Assembly (NCBI GenBank): GCA_024137785.1
Contig: JAHRHZ010000021.1
Coordinates: forward strand, 22,702,212-22,766,211
DNA from: Ginglymostoma cirratum
Taxonomy: Eukaryota
Length of the DNA: 64,000 bases
Direction of reading: 5' to 3'
Part shown: piece by piece, positions 49,296 to 61,460 of the stretch
How positions within the stretch are numbered: position 1 is the stretch's first letter
Layout of the letters: each line of letters opens with the position of its first letter
Position numbers and translations under genes: made by a program
The notes under the pieces: generated by a model
Seen by the model: the letters and a program-made list of their open reading frames with translations, nothing else
Told to the model about the DNA's origin: nothing
Databases searched by the model: none

Positions 49296-52200
49296 CTACA
49301 CTCTGGCCGGTATCTGGCAGGCAGTGGGACTTCCTTGCACAGGTTCCTTGATCCCAGGAAGCAGCCCACTGCTGTTCAGTTAAGTGCCTGAACGACACCT
49401 AATACGAGAGGCCTTCCTAAAAAGAGGAAAGTTAGGGCTCTTGTCATCTCTGCAGTTAGTGATGAACCCCTGCGGCTTCCATTAAGTACCACTTGCTAAC
49501 TCTCTTTCTCTCTGTGATGCTGCCTGACATATTCATAAGAACTTCAACAATAGACTGGAAGTGTACAAGACTTAATATTGATCTATTTTAGCACACAGCA
49601 TGGTATCTTTATGTTGCAAAGCTTAATTTATATTGTCGGATAAAAGAAGCAGCACAAAATGATCAGAAATGATTGGAAACAATTAAATCAGTAACATTCC
49701 ATAATATGTGCATGATCCCCTCCTTTTGGAGTACTAACCAGGCAGTACAGACAAACATTTAGCCTCTGGACTCTTCCTCCCTCCATTATCCCCCTACCTA
49801 CTGAATCGTTTCATATTCTTCTGCTATCATTCCTTTCTTAGTTTCCTTAAACCTTTCCACCCTTTTACAATTGTCATACTTTCAAAAGCCAAGCCTAATG
49901 TTGCTTAGTCACGACTTCCCAATTTGTTTTTCTCAGCATTAGTTTTCTCTCTCTTGATGGTGATGTTTGTTTTTGCAATAAAATTATGGCCTTCAGGTCT
50001 TACTGGTAGCAGCATGAAGAGCTAAAACCTGGCTTAGGTCAAAACGTATTTAATTCAATTTGCAGTAATACGATCATGACTGGAATTTATTTCAATGAAG
50101 CTTTTTGTTACTTGGAAAGAAGTAAATCATTCACAACTTGTCAACAAATAAATGCCATTTGCCAAAGGAGGTCTCTTAGGTATTTCACAGTTTATGTAAA
50201 AGTGATTTCTGCCAGGAAATAATGAACTAAGCTTTTACATTTCCTTTTTCTTTTTCTCATTTTGTTTACATCAGGCATTGGTTAGTGTTCATATAATAGA
50301 TGTGAAAATTCCCACGGCAACATCATAAATACACAGTGGCAAAACAGTACTCATATCTTTGGAGTTCTTTTTGCCCAGTTACAACATTTTTAAAATAAAG
50401 ATGGAGCTATACTTTTTTCCAAAAAATATCTTTCGCAGGCAACAATATTATACTTTAAAACAGCTCAAGAACCTGTTAATGGTACCAATTAATTATGTGG
50501 AGCAGTGTAAAGATTTATTTTATACTTTGTAATAAATGCAAGTTCATTTTTACAGTTCTTAAAACATTAGATTTCTAAAGCAATAACTTGACATGGACAG
50601 ATGAATGTGAGAATAAATTCTAGATTTGCAGAGCAGTAAAACTTGTATTATAACTGTTCCTATGCCACATGATTTTTACAATATTTGAGGTTTTACATCA
50701 ATATAAAATACATATTTTTGATAACTTTGTTTGAACTATCATTTCAATTTTGAAAGCATCAGCACCGTTTTCTTTGGAGGGGGCTTTCATACACATTCCC
50801 GTTCAGAGACTGTTGTTGAAAAGCCATTAATAATGCAGTAAATACTGCTGGAGGCTATTTTGATGTCAACCACAGCTTGTTTATAGATTACTAAAATATT
50901 ACTTTAGTTGTTTAAAGGTATGAAGAAAGAACTGCGCTAGAAATCTTTGCCCCTAATTCGTATTAGTGTGCACCGGCGTAGTGATAATGTCATTGCACTG
51001 GCAGTCCGAAACCTCAGCGTAATGTTTGTTCTGTGTTGAAATACCATCATGGCAGGTGGTGAAATTTGAATTAAAGAGAAAATGCACCGTTGATTGGTGT
51101 AAAAACCTGGTTCAGTAATGTTCAATTAGAGATGAGCAATAAATGCAGGCCTAGCCAATGAAGCCCACATCTGTGAATAAAGTAGGAAAAAATATTGCCT
51201 TAATATTTCTTTATATTATTTCTTGCACACCATATTTTAACTTCTGGTTTTTTTGTTTCCACTATCATACCATTCTAGCTTTACCTGAAAGGCAAAGAAA
51301 TAAAATTTGCTCATTGGGTAAAAACTGACATAGAATCAATCTGCCAAATGACCTAATTTATGAACCAACATTTGATAACAAGAATTTATTAAATAATGTG
51401 TCAGTGGCAGGGAGCTAAGGGCAAAATGATTTAGTTGGTGGCTTTCAAATAGTTAATTTACTGTGAATAATTCTGAGGTAGTGACTTATGCAGTATAGGA
51501 TATTACTTTTTTTCAAACACCGGTAACATCAACTGAAATCTGTCAAGCAAAAAAATTTATCTAAGATAATATGAAATCCAATCCTTTGGGAAATAGATCC
51601 AGGTGTTTGAAATGCTGTTTAAGTGCTAAGTGTGTCAGAACCTCAGATATCATGCCATCAGAGGTGATTCTGAAACACCCTCACTCTCTTTGTTGTGTAC
51701 TGAAGGTGACAACTCACCTTCAATCTACTTAAAAGTGAGTGCTACCAACTAATATAAAAACATAAGGTGATTTAGAAAAATGCTGTTGCTACTGTGTGCG
51801 TTTGGCAAGATTTATGATAATTATAATCCAGTGTTTCTTTTTTGGAGTTCAAATCTGTAGACAAGTATTCTACAAAATGTACTTAACAGGAAATCTACAT
51901 TTGCATTATATTTAGCAGCACATTTCAGACAGTAATCTGCTACATTGCATTTAATTTACACTGTGGCTTAAAGAAGATAATATTTATGTGACATTTAAGT
52001 TGGCATTATTATAATTTATTGTTAATTGGATAAACCTCTTCATAGGAAGTCCCTTGGTAATGAGGATGAATTCCATCCACTTGGGTGTTGTAGATCATGA
52101 GGTCATTAAATAATCCAGTGCTAGATCTGCACATTCTGCTGAAGGGGCTTTTGAAGCTGCTAGCGTGCTTGGGTTTTTGCAAGCTCTGTTTGCTGTTTGC

Positions 52201-52529
52201 CCTCAAATTCCATCTGGGCTGTCAGATACTTAATATAGTGGGAACCTTGGGGGCTGTCTGTCTCTGGTTTGGGTGGCCTTGGGCTAGAGATTCCCATGAG
52301 TCAATGTGGATATTGCATTTTATCAGGAAGGCTTTAAGGACGTTTGTGAAGCATTTTCTCTGTTTGCTTTATATAATAAAGTGCAGAGTGGAAAGTTTGT
52401 TTTGGAAGTCTTATGCCAGGTTTGCGAACAATGAGGCCTCTCAATACAGTTAATTAACTTTGAACAATGTCCCAGTGCTAAGCACGTTAACCTGGGAGAG
52501 GACATTGAAACTAGAGTGTTAATCCTGCC

Positions 52530-52625
52530 TAACAAGCATGGGGCTGGATGAACACAGCAGGTCAAGCAGCATCATAGGAGCAGGAAAACTTGACGTTTCG
52601 GGCCTAAACCCTTCATCAGAAAAAT
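52530..52625 (-). mobile_element. Single arm of the young Penelope-like family, hammerhead core intact
   Basis: Identical by eye to 4267-4362; CUGAUGA at 52619-52613 and GAAACGUC ending at 52592 on the minus strand. Confidence 0.85.
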
Positions 52626-54269
52626 TTTTAAGGCTGCTCCAAAACTGACTTTCACATGGGGCCCAGTTTCCCCCTCGATAACAGCTCTGATCACAGGAGA
52701 GGGCAGCGACACTTTACCTTTCCCAATAAAGTGCAGGATATTTGTACCCTTCATGTTACAATAATTACATGTAACATTGATGTCATTGTTCCAACCCCTG
52801 ATCTACATCCAGTTCTATAAGCACTTGATCAATGATGGACACCTTTATGGACAACCCTAGGTTCTCTGATCTCATGATGTTTACCATATAGCTTTATCAC
52901 TAGTCCTTGGGATATTGTAATGCATCCCATTAATTTATATTCCAATCCTTGCAGTTATTACAGGAGATACAAAAAGATGCTAATTCCTGTTCTTTGCTGT
53001 AAAATTTCAGTTCTAGTATGAAGTTAGTTATATATAAAAATTATCTGGTTACATCTAATGTGAGAATTTTTTAGTCAACGAGTTGTGAGCAGCTTCTTTA
53101 TCAGCTGACCTTGTAATGTCAAACAAACACTGCCCCTCTATCTTGTACCTGCAATTATAGCTCCTTTTATTCCAATGCTGTCTGTAAGTGTGTTTTACAG
53201 GGGACTGCTTCTGAGACAAAATTTACTGTCCCTACTCTAAATATTTCTACATCAACTATTTTACTTAAGACGACATTAATTCAAATTAAATTAATAAGAT
53301 TGAAACTCAATCACTTTTTCCCAGCTCAAAAATTATGTCTGAATTCCTATGGTTTTACAAGATATCTCTGTCCTCCCCTCCGCCCTGGACCTTGGACATA
53401 AGATTTCATTTGAGCTGTCTCATTTAAGTTGTGAGCTGCCATTGTTTATTTTCTCAAATTTAAGCTGGTGTCCTTTAGAGGTCATCTGCTTACCCATTTG
53501 TCTTTCAGTCCTTCTTTACCCATGAGATGTGAGCACCTCTCCACATCTGTAGCCCTTTGTTTTAAAGGAATCTCTGAACTTTAGATGTAGATTGCATTTC
53601 AGAGTTTCTCAATATTCAATTACTTAGAGGCTCCATTATTGTTGGATCATACTTTTCTTATGATTCTTGCTAAACCACAAACTTTGGGCTCTCCTCAAAC
53701 ATCTCTTATCAGACTGCATCTTACAGATATCAGCCACTGTGACTTTGTACAAAACCTCCCATAATTTAATTTGTTAGTTTCTTTGTTCAATCTGTTCCCT
53801 TGGGCTTATCATATTCTCAAAGTTACCATTGACCTAACTTATGATGTCGTTTTCTAATGCTGAACTAAACAAGCTGTTTCTGTGACTGCAACTAAAAATC
53901 TCTCCGCCACCTTTATGCCAACTCCACAGGCAGCCATTTTGTGCTACCTCTAAGTCAGTGCTACCGTGTCCCCAGTGACCACTGTAGGTCCGTGACTGGT
54001 CATTGTCCAGTTGGGGGACATCACATATAGGAAGGCAATCGGATAAATATAAAACACTAAAGGGAACAAAAATGAAGCCTACTAAGCCTGAAGTCATACC
54101 CATAATACCAACCAGATTTATGAATAAAATGTAATGGTCAACAATTGTCCACTGCAGCCAGCTGTCTTCCATTGGAATCAGGTGTGAATGGGCTTCTGTT
54201 GGCTTCCATTGTCCGTGTTCTTCCCCCTCGGACACTGAGGAACGGGGAGAATGGGAGCAGTTTTCTAAG

Positions 54270-54700
54270 TCATCACCTCATTGCCAGCACTGATTGTATA
54301 GAGCTTAGCACACCAGTATGATGTGGCACATTGTATTTGGACCATATTGAAAGGCCTTTCCAGACCTGTCCTTGCTGTGCAAATGCATCTTTAGCGATCT
54401 TACAGCCATGGTTGAGGAAGGAACAGCATTGTATCGGCTCTGTTGCAACCCCTGACTGAGGCAAAATAATGTCATGAGCCAAGATCGCAACGGATAGCCT
54501 TTATTCCCCATTTACTAGCGTAGTAAAGTCTTGAAACGTCAATCGCACCAGGCACATTGGAGTGCTTAAGGATTGATGAGTTGTAACAACTGCCAGGATC
54601 ACAGGTACACGCCTCAGGGAGTGGTAACAGTGATCACCGATCACTTGAATGTGAATTGAATGGAATCCTCTCCTACTGATGAATTCTGCAGCATTATGTG
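54270..54700 (-). mobile_element. PIF/Harbinger transposase remnant (second copy)
   Basis: EFISRRGFHSIHIQVIGDH, PGSCYNSSIL, MGNKGYPLRSWLMT...YN...LKM...DRSG..QY.P...CHIILVC. Confidence 0.8.
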
Positions 54701-54929
54701 GCCTAGAGAAGACTGACAGAGGACCTTCCAGGTGTGTAACGTAAGATCCATTCTTTTATATGCCTTAGTGAATGCATTGCTGATAGTTTGGAGCTTGGCC
54801 TCTGAGTGTATGTGCATGCAGGTGTTGTCTGTGTACTATGGCTTGATGACAGAGGTTGGGGTGGTCTTGGTTCTGGACTGGAGGTGATACAGGTTGAATG
54901 GTTTCTCACCTGTCCTATAGATTAGCTCT

Positions 54930-55440
54930 GCACCAGCAGGAAGCTTCATAGATACAGGGTGGAGTGTTGCAACAAGGAAGATGGAGAGGTCTCACATTGC
55001 TGAGTTGAAACAGCCTTGCTTGACCCTAGTTTGGACCCACTACACATCCAATGCATGTACATTGGTGAAGGTCAAGACTTGTATGCCATCATGCAGCAGG
55101 CAGGGGATGGGATGAATTCCTGTGGGCAACCACATTTGTGAAGGATGCTTATTATTCCTCTTAGTTTACAGAGGCGAAGGCCTTTGAGGTCTACAGGGAA
55201 ACATCAAGACTGGTTTGATGAAAAAGACCAGGAGATCACATGCTACAAAATCACAAGTGCAAAGTATTCTTGTACTGGAAACACAACCAAATATCAATGA
55301 AACAAAATTGGGTCTATAAACCAAATTAAGGCTGAGGCCTAGCAAAAAAAAAAGTCTAAAGATCAGCTGGTGGGCAGAACGTGTGGAGGAAATACAGCAT
55401 CTCACCGAAAGCCATAACATGAGTGAATTTAAATGCCTCT
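54930..55440 (-). mobile_element. RTE-type LINE RT remnant
   Basis: Minus-strand fragments GCPQEFI...LLHDGIQ and VQTRVKQGC resemble RTE RT (GCPxKF...LHDxM, GVKQGC). Confidence 0.5.
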
Positions 55441-55454
55441 TCTAGATCAATTAC

Positions 55455-56015
55455 TGGTAACCCCTCCCAAGATGTTGATAGTGGGAGCACAGCAAAGGTA
55501 ATGACATTGAATGTCAGGGGGAAATGTTCGATTTTGACTTGTTTGAGCTATTCACTGCCTGGTACTTAGAAGGCACAAATGTTACTTGCCACTTATCAGC
55601 TCAAGCCTGAATGTTGTCCAGATTGTAACGCACATGGACATTGATGACTTCAATATCTGAGGAGTAACAAATTGTGCTGAACATTGTACAATCATCAGTG
55701 AATACCCCCACATGTGACTTCATGTTGGAGGAAGGTCTTTGATGAAGCAGCTGGAGATGGTTGGGTCCAGGGTATTACCCTGAGGAACTTCTACAGTGAA
55801 CAACCACAATGACCTTCCTCTGTGCTGGTCTGACTCCATCCAGTGTAGGGTTTTCCCTATGATTCCCATTGACTTCAATATTACTAAGGCTACTTTATAC
55901 TATAGTTGGTCAAATGATATTTTGTGAAGGACAGTAATTTTCATCTTGTCTCTGGAATTCAGCTGTTTTGTCCAGTTTTTGGACCAAGGCTGTAATGATG
56001 TCAGGAGCTGAGTGC
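55455..56015 (-). mobile_element. LINE fragment, second CR1/L2-group family
   Basis: Homologous to 22200-22750 and 60140-60340. Confidence 0.75.
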
Positions 56016-56889
56016 CTGGATTGGGCTATTATGCAGATTTCCATCAGTTAATCCCATCCCCTCTCTGTACTTCAGCTCATTTTATTTTTCTCTGCAAGTT
56101 GTTGGAAATACGAGCTGATAATAGCACATCTAATAAAAAATAGAGGAACAGCAGAGAAAATAGTAATGTGAACTTGGCTCAAATCAGGTGCAGAAAAGGA
56201 TATGGAAAAAGTGATGGGTTAAGAGAGAGAACAGATGCAGAAGTAAAGTGAGAAAAATGTTAAATTATACATTTGACCTTTAAAAATCTTCAGAACAATT
56301 TACAACCTGCCCAAATGAGACCTTGCAGATTCAATTTTTCTTTTTCTATCAGGGTGTTAAGTATTTCAGCAACATAAAATTTTGTTGTCACAAGGGTCAT
56401 ATTACTGTTAGACACCAGCCTTTCTGTGGTGAATTTAATTTTTAATGTGATTTTAATTTAGGTACTGCAATTTCTTGAAACGTGGGGGAAGCTCAGAGTG
56501 AGATTCTACTCTTGCAACTTGAACTTGTGGAATGCTGCGACTTGTCCAGTTGCTTTAATGCTTTGCAAATTAAGGTTCTCATGTTTGTCCTAAATTGTTA
56601 GACAACTTACACACTAACAATGTCTTAAGCTCTATTATTTTGCCAGCTAATTCAGATCCTTTGTGCAGAATATTTACAAGCAGTAATTAGCACCTTGCAT
56701 ACCAAAATGTAAATTGAAAATATGAGGCTGTTTCCACTGAGTGCAAACTCATACTTTACTGCACTTTTGATGTTGATGCAGAACACAGAGTGGAACTTCA
56801 GAGTGTGTTTCAGCAGAGAAAGAAACCTATACTTAAGAGGGTTTTTTTAAAGGGTTATTTAATGTAACATCCTTTGTTTTTTGAAACAG

Positions 56890-57198
56890 GGCTGTGGACA
56901 GAAAATATACAACTTCCTACGTGGCACAAAGCAATTACAAGTGTTAAAGTTTCTCGGGATTTCCATTGGAGTGACACAGTTACTGGCCATGATACTGACT
57001 ATTACATTGCTTTGGGCCTTATACTACGACAAAAAGGAACCAAGAACTGGCCAAAGGATGGGCCCAAAAAATCTGAGTGTCCAGCACTTTGCCTGTCATT
57101 CAATAGAATTAACGAAGCATGTGCCAAAGAACAATGAGCTGAGACAGACACGTGCAGCACACAAGTTTTGTACACACTTTGAAATAGAGGAATTGTAG
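56890..57198 (+). CDS. TSPAN12: Tetraspanin-12, last coding exon (309 nt including TAG)
   Basis: ttttgaaacag|GGC; [47 protein letters not shown]...THFEIEEL*; spliced CDS totals 921 nt (306 aa). Confidence 0.99.
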   Translation, partial: GCGQKIYNFLRGTKQLQVLKFLGISIGVTQLLAMILTITLLWALYYDKKEPRTGQRMGPKNLSVQHFACHSIELTKHVPKNNELRQTRAAHKFCTHFEIEEL

Positions 57199-58424
57199 CT
57201 GGTATTGATCAAATCAGCTGGATGCTGGAAACTTAGCATGAAAATTTCTTTTACCATTGCACAGATATCACTATAGAATTTTGAAAGGACTTCTGAATTC
57301 TGTATTATCGCATCAGACCAAACAAATGTTTAAGAGGCTGAGAAAGAAACTTTTCAGCAAAGGTAACTGGAAAAGGGTTTACTTTGATTAAGATATTTTT
57401 GATTGCTGCTACGGAAGACATGTACTCTCTTGATTATCAGTCTCCCTTTGACCATCTTTACTTGACATTCAATTGATTGATCCATTGTTGTCTCCTGTAC
57501 CGATATACAATGAAAAGTGTTGTTTTGTGTGCTAGTCAGGCAGATCATACTGTACAAAGTGCATCAGGGTGGCATCCATTCATTTGAGATCTTCTTATGT
57601 CTTTGCTTCTGACCTTCATTCCAGGACCACACAATCAATTACTTTCCAGGCATTGATGTTTACCCATTTTAACACCAAAGAGCAGTAGGAATACTGAACA
57701 TCATCTATCAGTGATGCTCTGATCAATGTAAAACTTCATTAATTAAATATATTTTACAAGCCTTTTGACAGGGTTCTAGAATACCGAAATTATTGTAATG
57801 CACCAGGAGTTCTGAGTTCACCAGTTTTTTTTTCAGGAAAGCTTGATTGCTGTGCTTTGAAAATTTTCCTGAAATATATTAATCAATTCAAATTTGTTTA
57901 TGTTCTGTCTTAACTAAATATTAGTGTAATTGATTAATGTACTATTCTGTGTCATTTATTGGTGTGTACAAGAAATCACATCATTGAATATTAGTCTTTG
58001 AATTTAGTCCCTTCTAATTTTTATGATACCATATCAGAAATTTCCATCTTTGTTTTAAAACGATTAATGTATGTGGAACCTATTTACTGTATGATTACAA
58101 AAATCACACTTGTGATTATGCTGTGTTATTTATGTGTTGTATGTTTCAATAATTGTTTTTTAAGTAATGCAAACCATTTCATCAAATGGCAGCACTGCTT
58201 AGATTTTCTACGTTTAATATTTCAAGGGTATGCTGAAAAAGGCTTTGAATCTATTGATTTTCACTTCTGAAATAAGTTTTACAACAATGTTGCTTCATAG
58301 TTATACAGTGTTGCAATTTGTTGGAACAATGATGCACTCTGACATTGAATGCTAAAATATTGATTTACGGTCATAATCCTGGTTATCGAAGTTAAGTCAG
58401 AGCAAATGCATATTCATTGGAAAA

Positions 58425-59038
58425 TTTAATAGCTTTTTGGCAAGTGCCTTTGAGTATGGGAGTTGGGACATTATGTTGAGTTTGCACAGAACGTTGGTGG
58501 GGCCTCTTCAGGAGTTCTAGTCTCCCTGTTGTAGGAAGGATATTATTAAGCTGGAGAGAGTTCAGAAGAGATTTACCAGGATGTTGCTGAGAATGGAGGG
58601 TTTGAGTTATAAGGAGAGGCTGGATAGGCTGGGACTTTTTTCATTAGAGAGTAGAAGTTGAGAGGTGACCTTAAAGAGTTTTATAAAATAATGAGGGGTA
58701 TAGATAAGGTGAATGGCAGGTGTCTTTTCCCGAGGGTGGGGAGTTTCAAGACTAGGGGTCATATTTTTAAGGTGAGAGGATAAAGATTTAAAAAAGACAT
58801 GGGCATTTTTTTTTTTTACAGTGGTTCATGTGTGGGATGAACTTCGGGAGGAGCTGGTGGATGCGGGTACAGTTACAAGGTTTAAAAGACATTTGGCTAA
58901 TTCCGTGAATAAGAAATGTTTGGAGGGATATGGGCTAAGTGCAGACAGTTGGGACTAGTTTAGTTTGGGATTAGGATTAGTATGGATTGCTTGGACCAAA
59001 TGGTCTGTTTCTATGTTGTATGATTCTATGACTCTATG
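58425..59038 (+). mobile_element. CR1 (HER1-like) LINE 3' fragment
   Basis: ORF2 C-terminus (LSYKERLDRLGLFSLE) and tail tatgattctatgactctatg. Confidence 0.9.
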
Positions 59039-59514
59039 AAATTTTAGCAGGTCATGTTATGAAGGTTTCATGCACCTACCACTTTATGCCACAAGCAAAT
59101 TGTTTGCTATTGGAAGAAAATGCTGAGAAGGACAGAGCAGTTATAGGAAGGTCCACAAATTAACATTGACAGCTACTTTTACTCCTAACACTATTTTGAA
59201 AATGAACCAATTTTGATTTCATGAAGTCCTAACTCAAGGTTTAAATCCCAAAAGATGTAAATTAAGATGACAGATTTCAACTGCATAAGACAAGGCATAA
59301 ATATTCTTTGTGAACCTCATATCATTGGTTATCCTTACATCATGGGAATAATGACATATATAAAAAAACTTAGTCATAATATGATGGGCTAAGAATCGTT
59401 GGTCCTAAGAGTTAGCAGGAATAGAGTAAAAAAGGTAGCACTTTGAAAGGCTTCAGGATTTTTTTTTCCCTAAAATCACACAGCATTCTGCACAACATTT
59501 TGTTTTCGACCTCT

Positions 59515-60340
59515 TGTGGGACATGGCGTCACTGGCTAGCCAGCAGTTATTGTCCATCCCTAGGTCCGATTAAGAAGGTGGTAGTGAGCTGTCGTCTTCA
59601 ACCACTGCAGTCTGTGCTGTGTCGGTAGACCGACTATGCCCTTAGGGACGGAATTCCAGGATTTTGAAGCAGTGACAATGAAGGAATGGTGAAATATTTC
59701 CGAGTCAGGATGGTGAGCGGCTTGAAGGGGAAATAACGGGTTTTGGTGTTCCCATGTATCTGCTGCCCTTGACCTTCTAGTTGAAAGTGGTTGTGGATTT
59801 AGAAGGTGCTATCGAAGAATCTTTAGTGAGTACTACAGCGCATCTTGTAGACAGTACACACTGCTACCATTGAGTGTCAGTAGTGGAGGGAATGGATGCT
59901 TGTGGATGTGGTGCCAATCAAGTGGGCTGCTTTGACCTGGATGGTGTCAAGCTTTCTTGAGTGTTGATGGAGCTGCACCTATCCAGGCAAGTGGGGAGTA
60001 TTCGTCACACTCCTGACTTGTGCTTTGTAGATGGTGGACAAGCTTGGGGAGTCAGGAGGTGCGTTACTCATTGCAATATTCCTAGCTTATAACCTGACAG
60101 TGTACATATATGGCAAGTCCAGTTAGGTTTCTAGTCAGTGGTAACCTCCCGGATGTTGATAGTGAGGGAATTCAGGTGATGGTAACACCACTGAATGTCA
60201 AGGGGTGGTTTTTAGGTTGTCTCTGTCTCTGATTGAAGATGGTCATTACTCAGAATTTGTGTGGCATGAAAGCTACTTGCTCCTTGTGAACTCAAGCCTG
60301 AATATTGTCCAGATGTTCCAATTTAATATGGCTACTTCAG
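59515..60340 (-). mobile_element. LINE 3' fragment, second CR1/L2-group family
   Basis: Reverse complement homologous to 13795-14290. Confidence 0.8.
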
Positions 60341-60616
60341 GATCTGGAGGATACTACATGGGCTGATTTTTTATAATTGCAGGATTTTTATCAAGAAAAT
60401 ATATTGTATTTCTGATAGGATCAACAATTAGGGAGGGAAAGAAGAGTCAAAAGGAAGAAATGTACAAACTGAAATAAATAGCTGCAAAAGATCGTAAGTA
60501 TAAGTAGCAATAATGAATGAAAGAATGTGAAGATGGCATTTATGAATTTAAACTCATTTCAGTGGGGTAGCTGGGAATCTGTGAAACCTGGCCAGTATAG
60601 GGTCAACCTTAAGAAT

Positions 60617-61460
60617 TATAGAGTGACAGAATTGTACAACATGGAAACAGACCCTTTGGTCCAACTTGTCCATGCTGACCATATATCTGAAACGGATCTA
60701 GTCTCATTTGCCAACATTTGGCCCATATCCCTCTCAAATCCCTTCCTATTCACGTACCCATCCAGATGCTTTTTAAATGTTGTAATTGTAGTCGCCTCCA
60801 CCACTTCCTCTAGCCACTTGTTTTATACATGCACCACCCTCTGTATGAAAATGTTACCCCTCAGGTCCCTTTCAAATCTTTCCCCTTTCATCTTAAACCT
60901 ATGTCCTGTACTTTAGACTCCCCTTGTCTGGGAAAAAGACCTTGGCTATTCACCCTATCCATGCCCCTCATGATTTTATAAACCTCTGTAAGATAACCCC
61001 TCAGTCTCCAACACTCCAGGGGAAAAAAGCCCCAGCGTTTTTAGCCTCTCCTTGTAACTCAAACCATCTAATCCTGGCAACATCCTTATAAATCTTTTCT
61101 GAACTCTTTCAAGTTGAACAACATCTTTCCTATAGCAGGGAGACCAGAATTGAACTCAGTATTCTAAAAGTGACCTAACCAATGTCTTGTACAGCTGCAA
61201 CATGACATCTCAACTCCTATATTCAATGCACTGAATAATGAAGGCAAGCATGCCAAATTCCACCTTCACCACCCTGTCTACCTGTGACTCCGCTTTCAAG
61301 GAACTATGACACTGCACCCCCAAGTCCCTTTGTTTGGTAATACTCACCAGAGTTCTACCATTATGTGTATAAGTCCTGCCCTGACTTGCCTTACCAAAAT
61401 GCAGCATCTCACATTTATCTAAATTAAACTCCCTCTGCCAATCCTTGGCCCATCTGATCA
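60617..61460 (-). mobile_element. CR1 (HER1-like) LINE 3' fragment
   Basis: RWAKDWQREFNLDKCEMLHFGK...QRDLGVQ; VEATTITTFKKHLDGY; 3' tail. Confidence 0.9.

Noticed and set aside
4263-52625. Identical dispersed repeats as a CRISPR array or DNA-transposon MITE
   Set aside because: Eukaryotic context, no spacers or cas genes; unequal arms, long variable TSDs and a hammerhead core fit Penelope retroelements instead.
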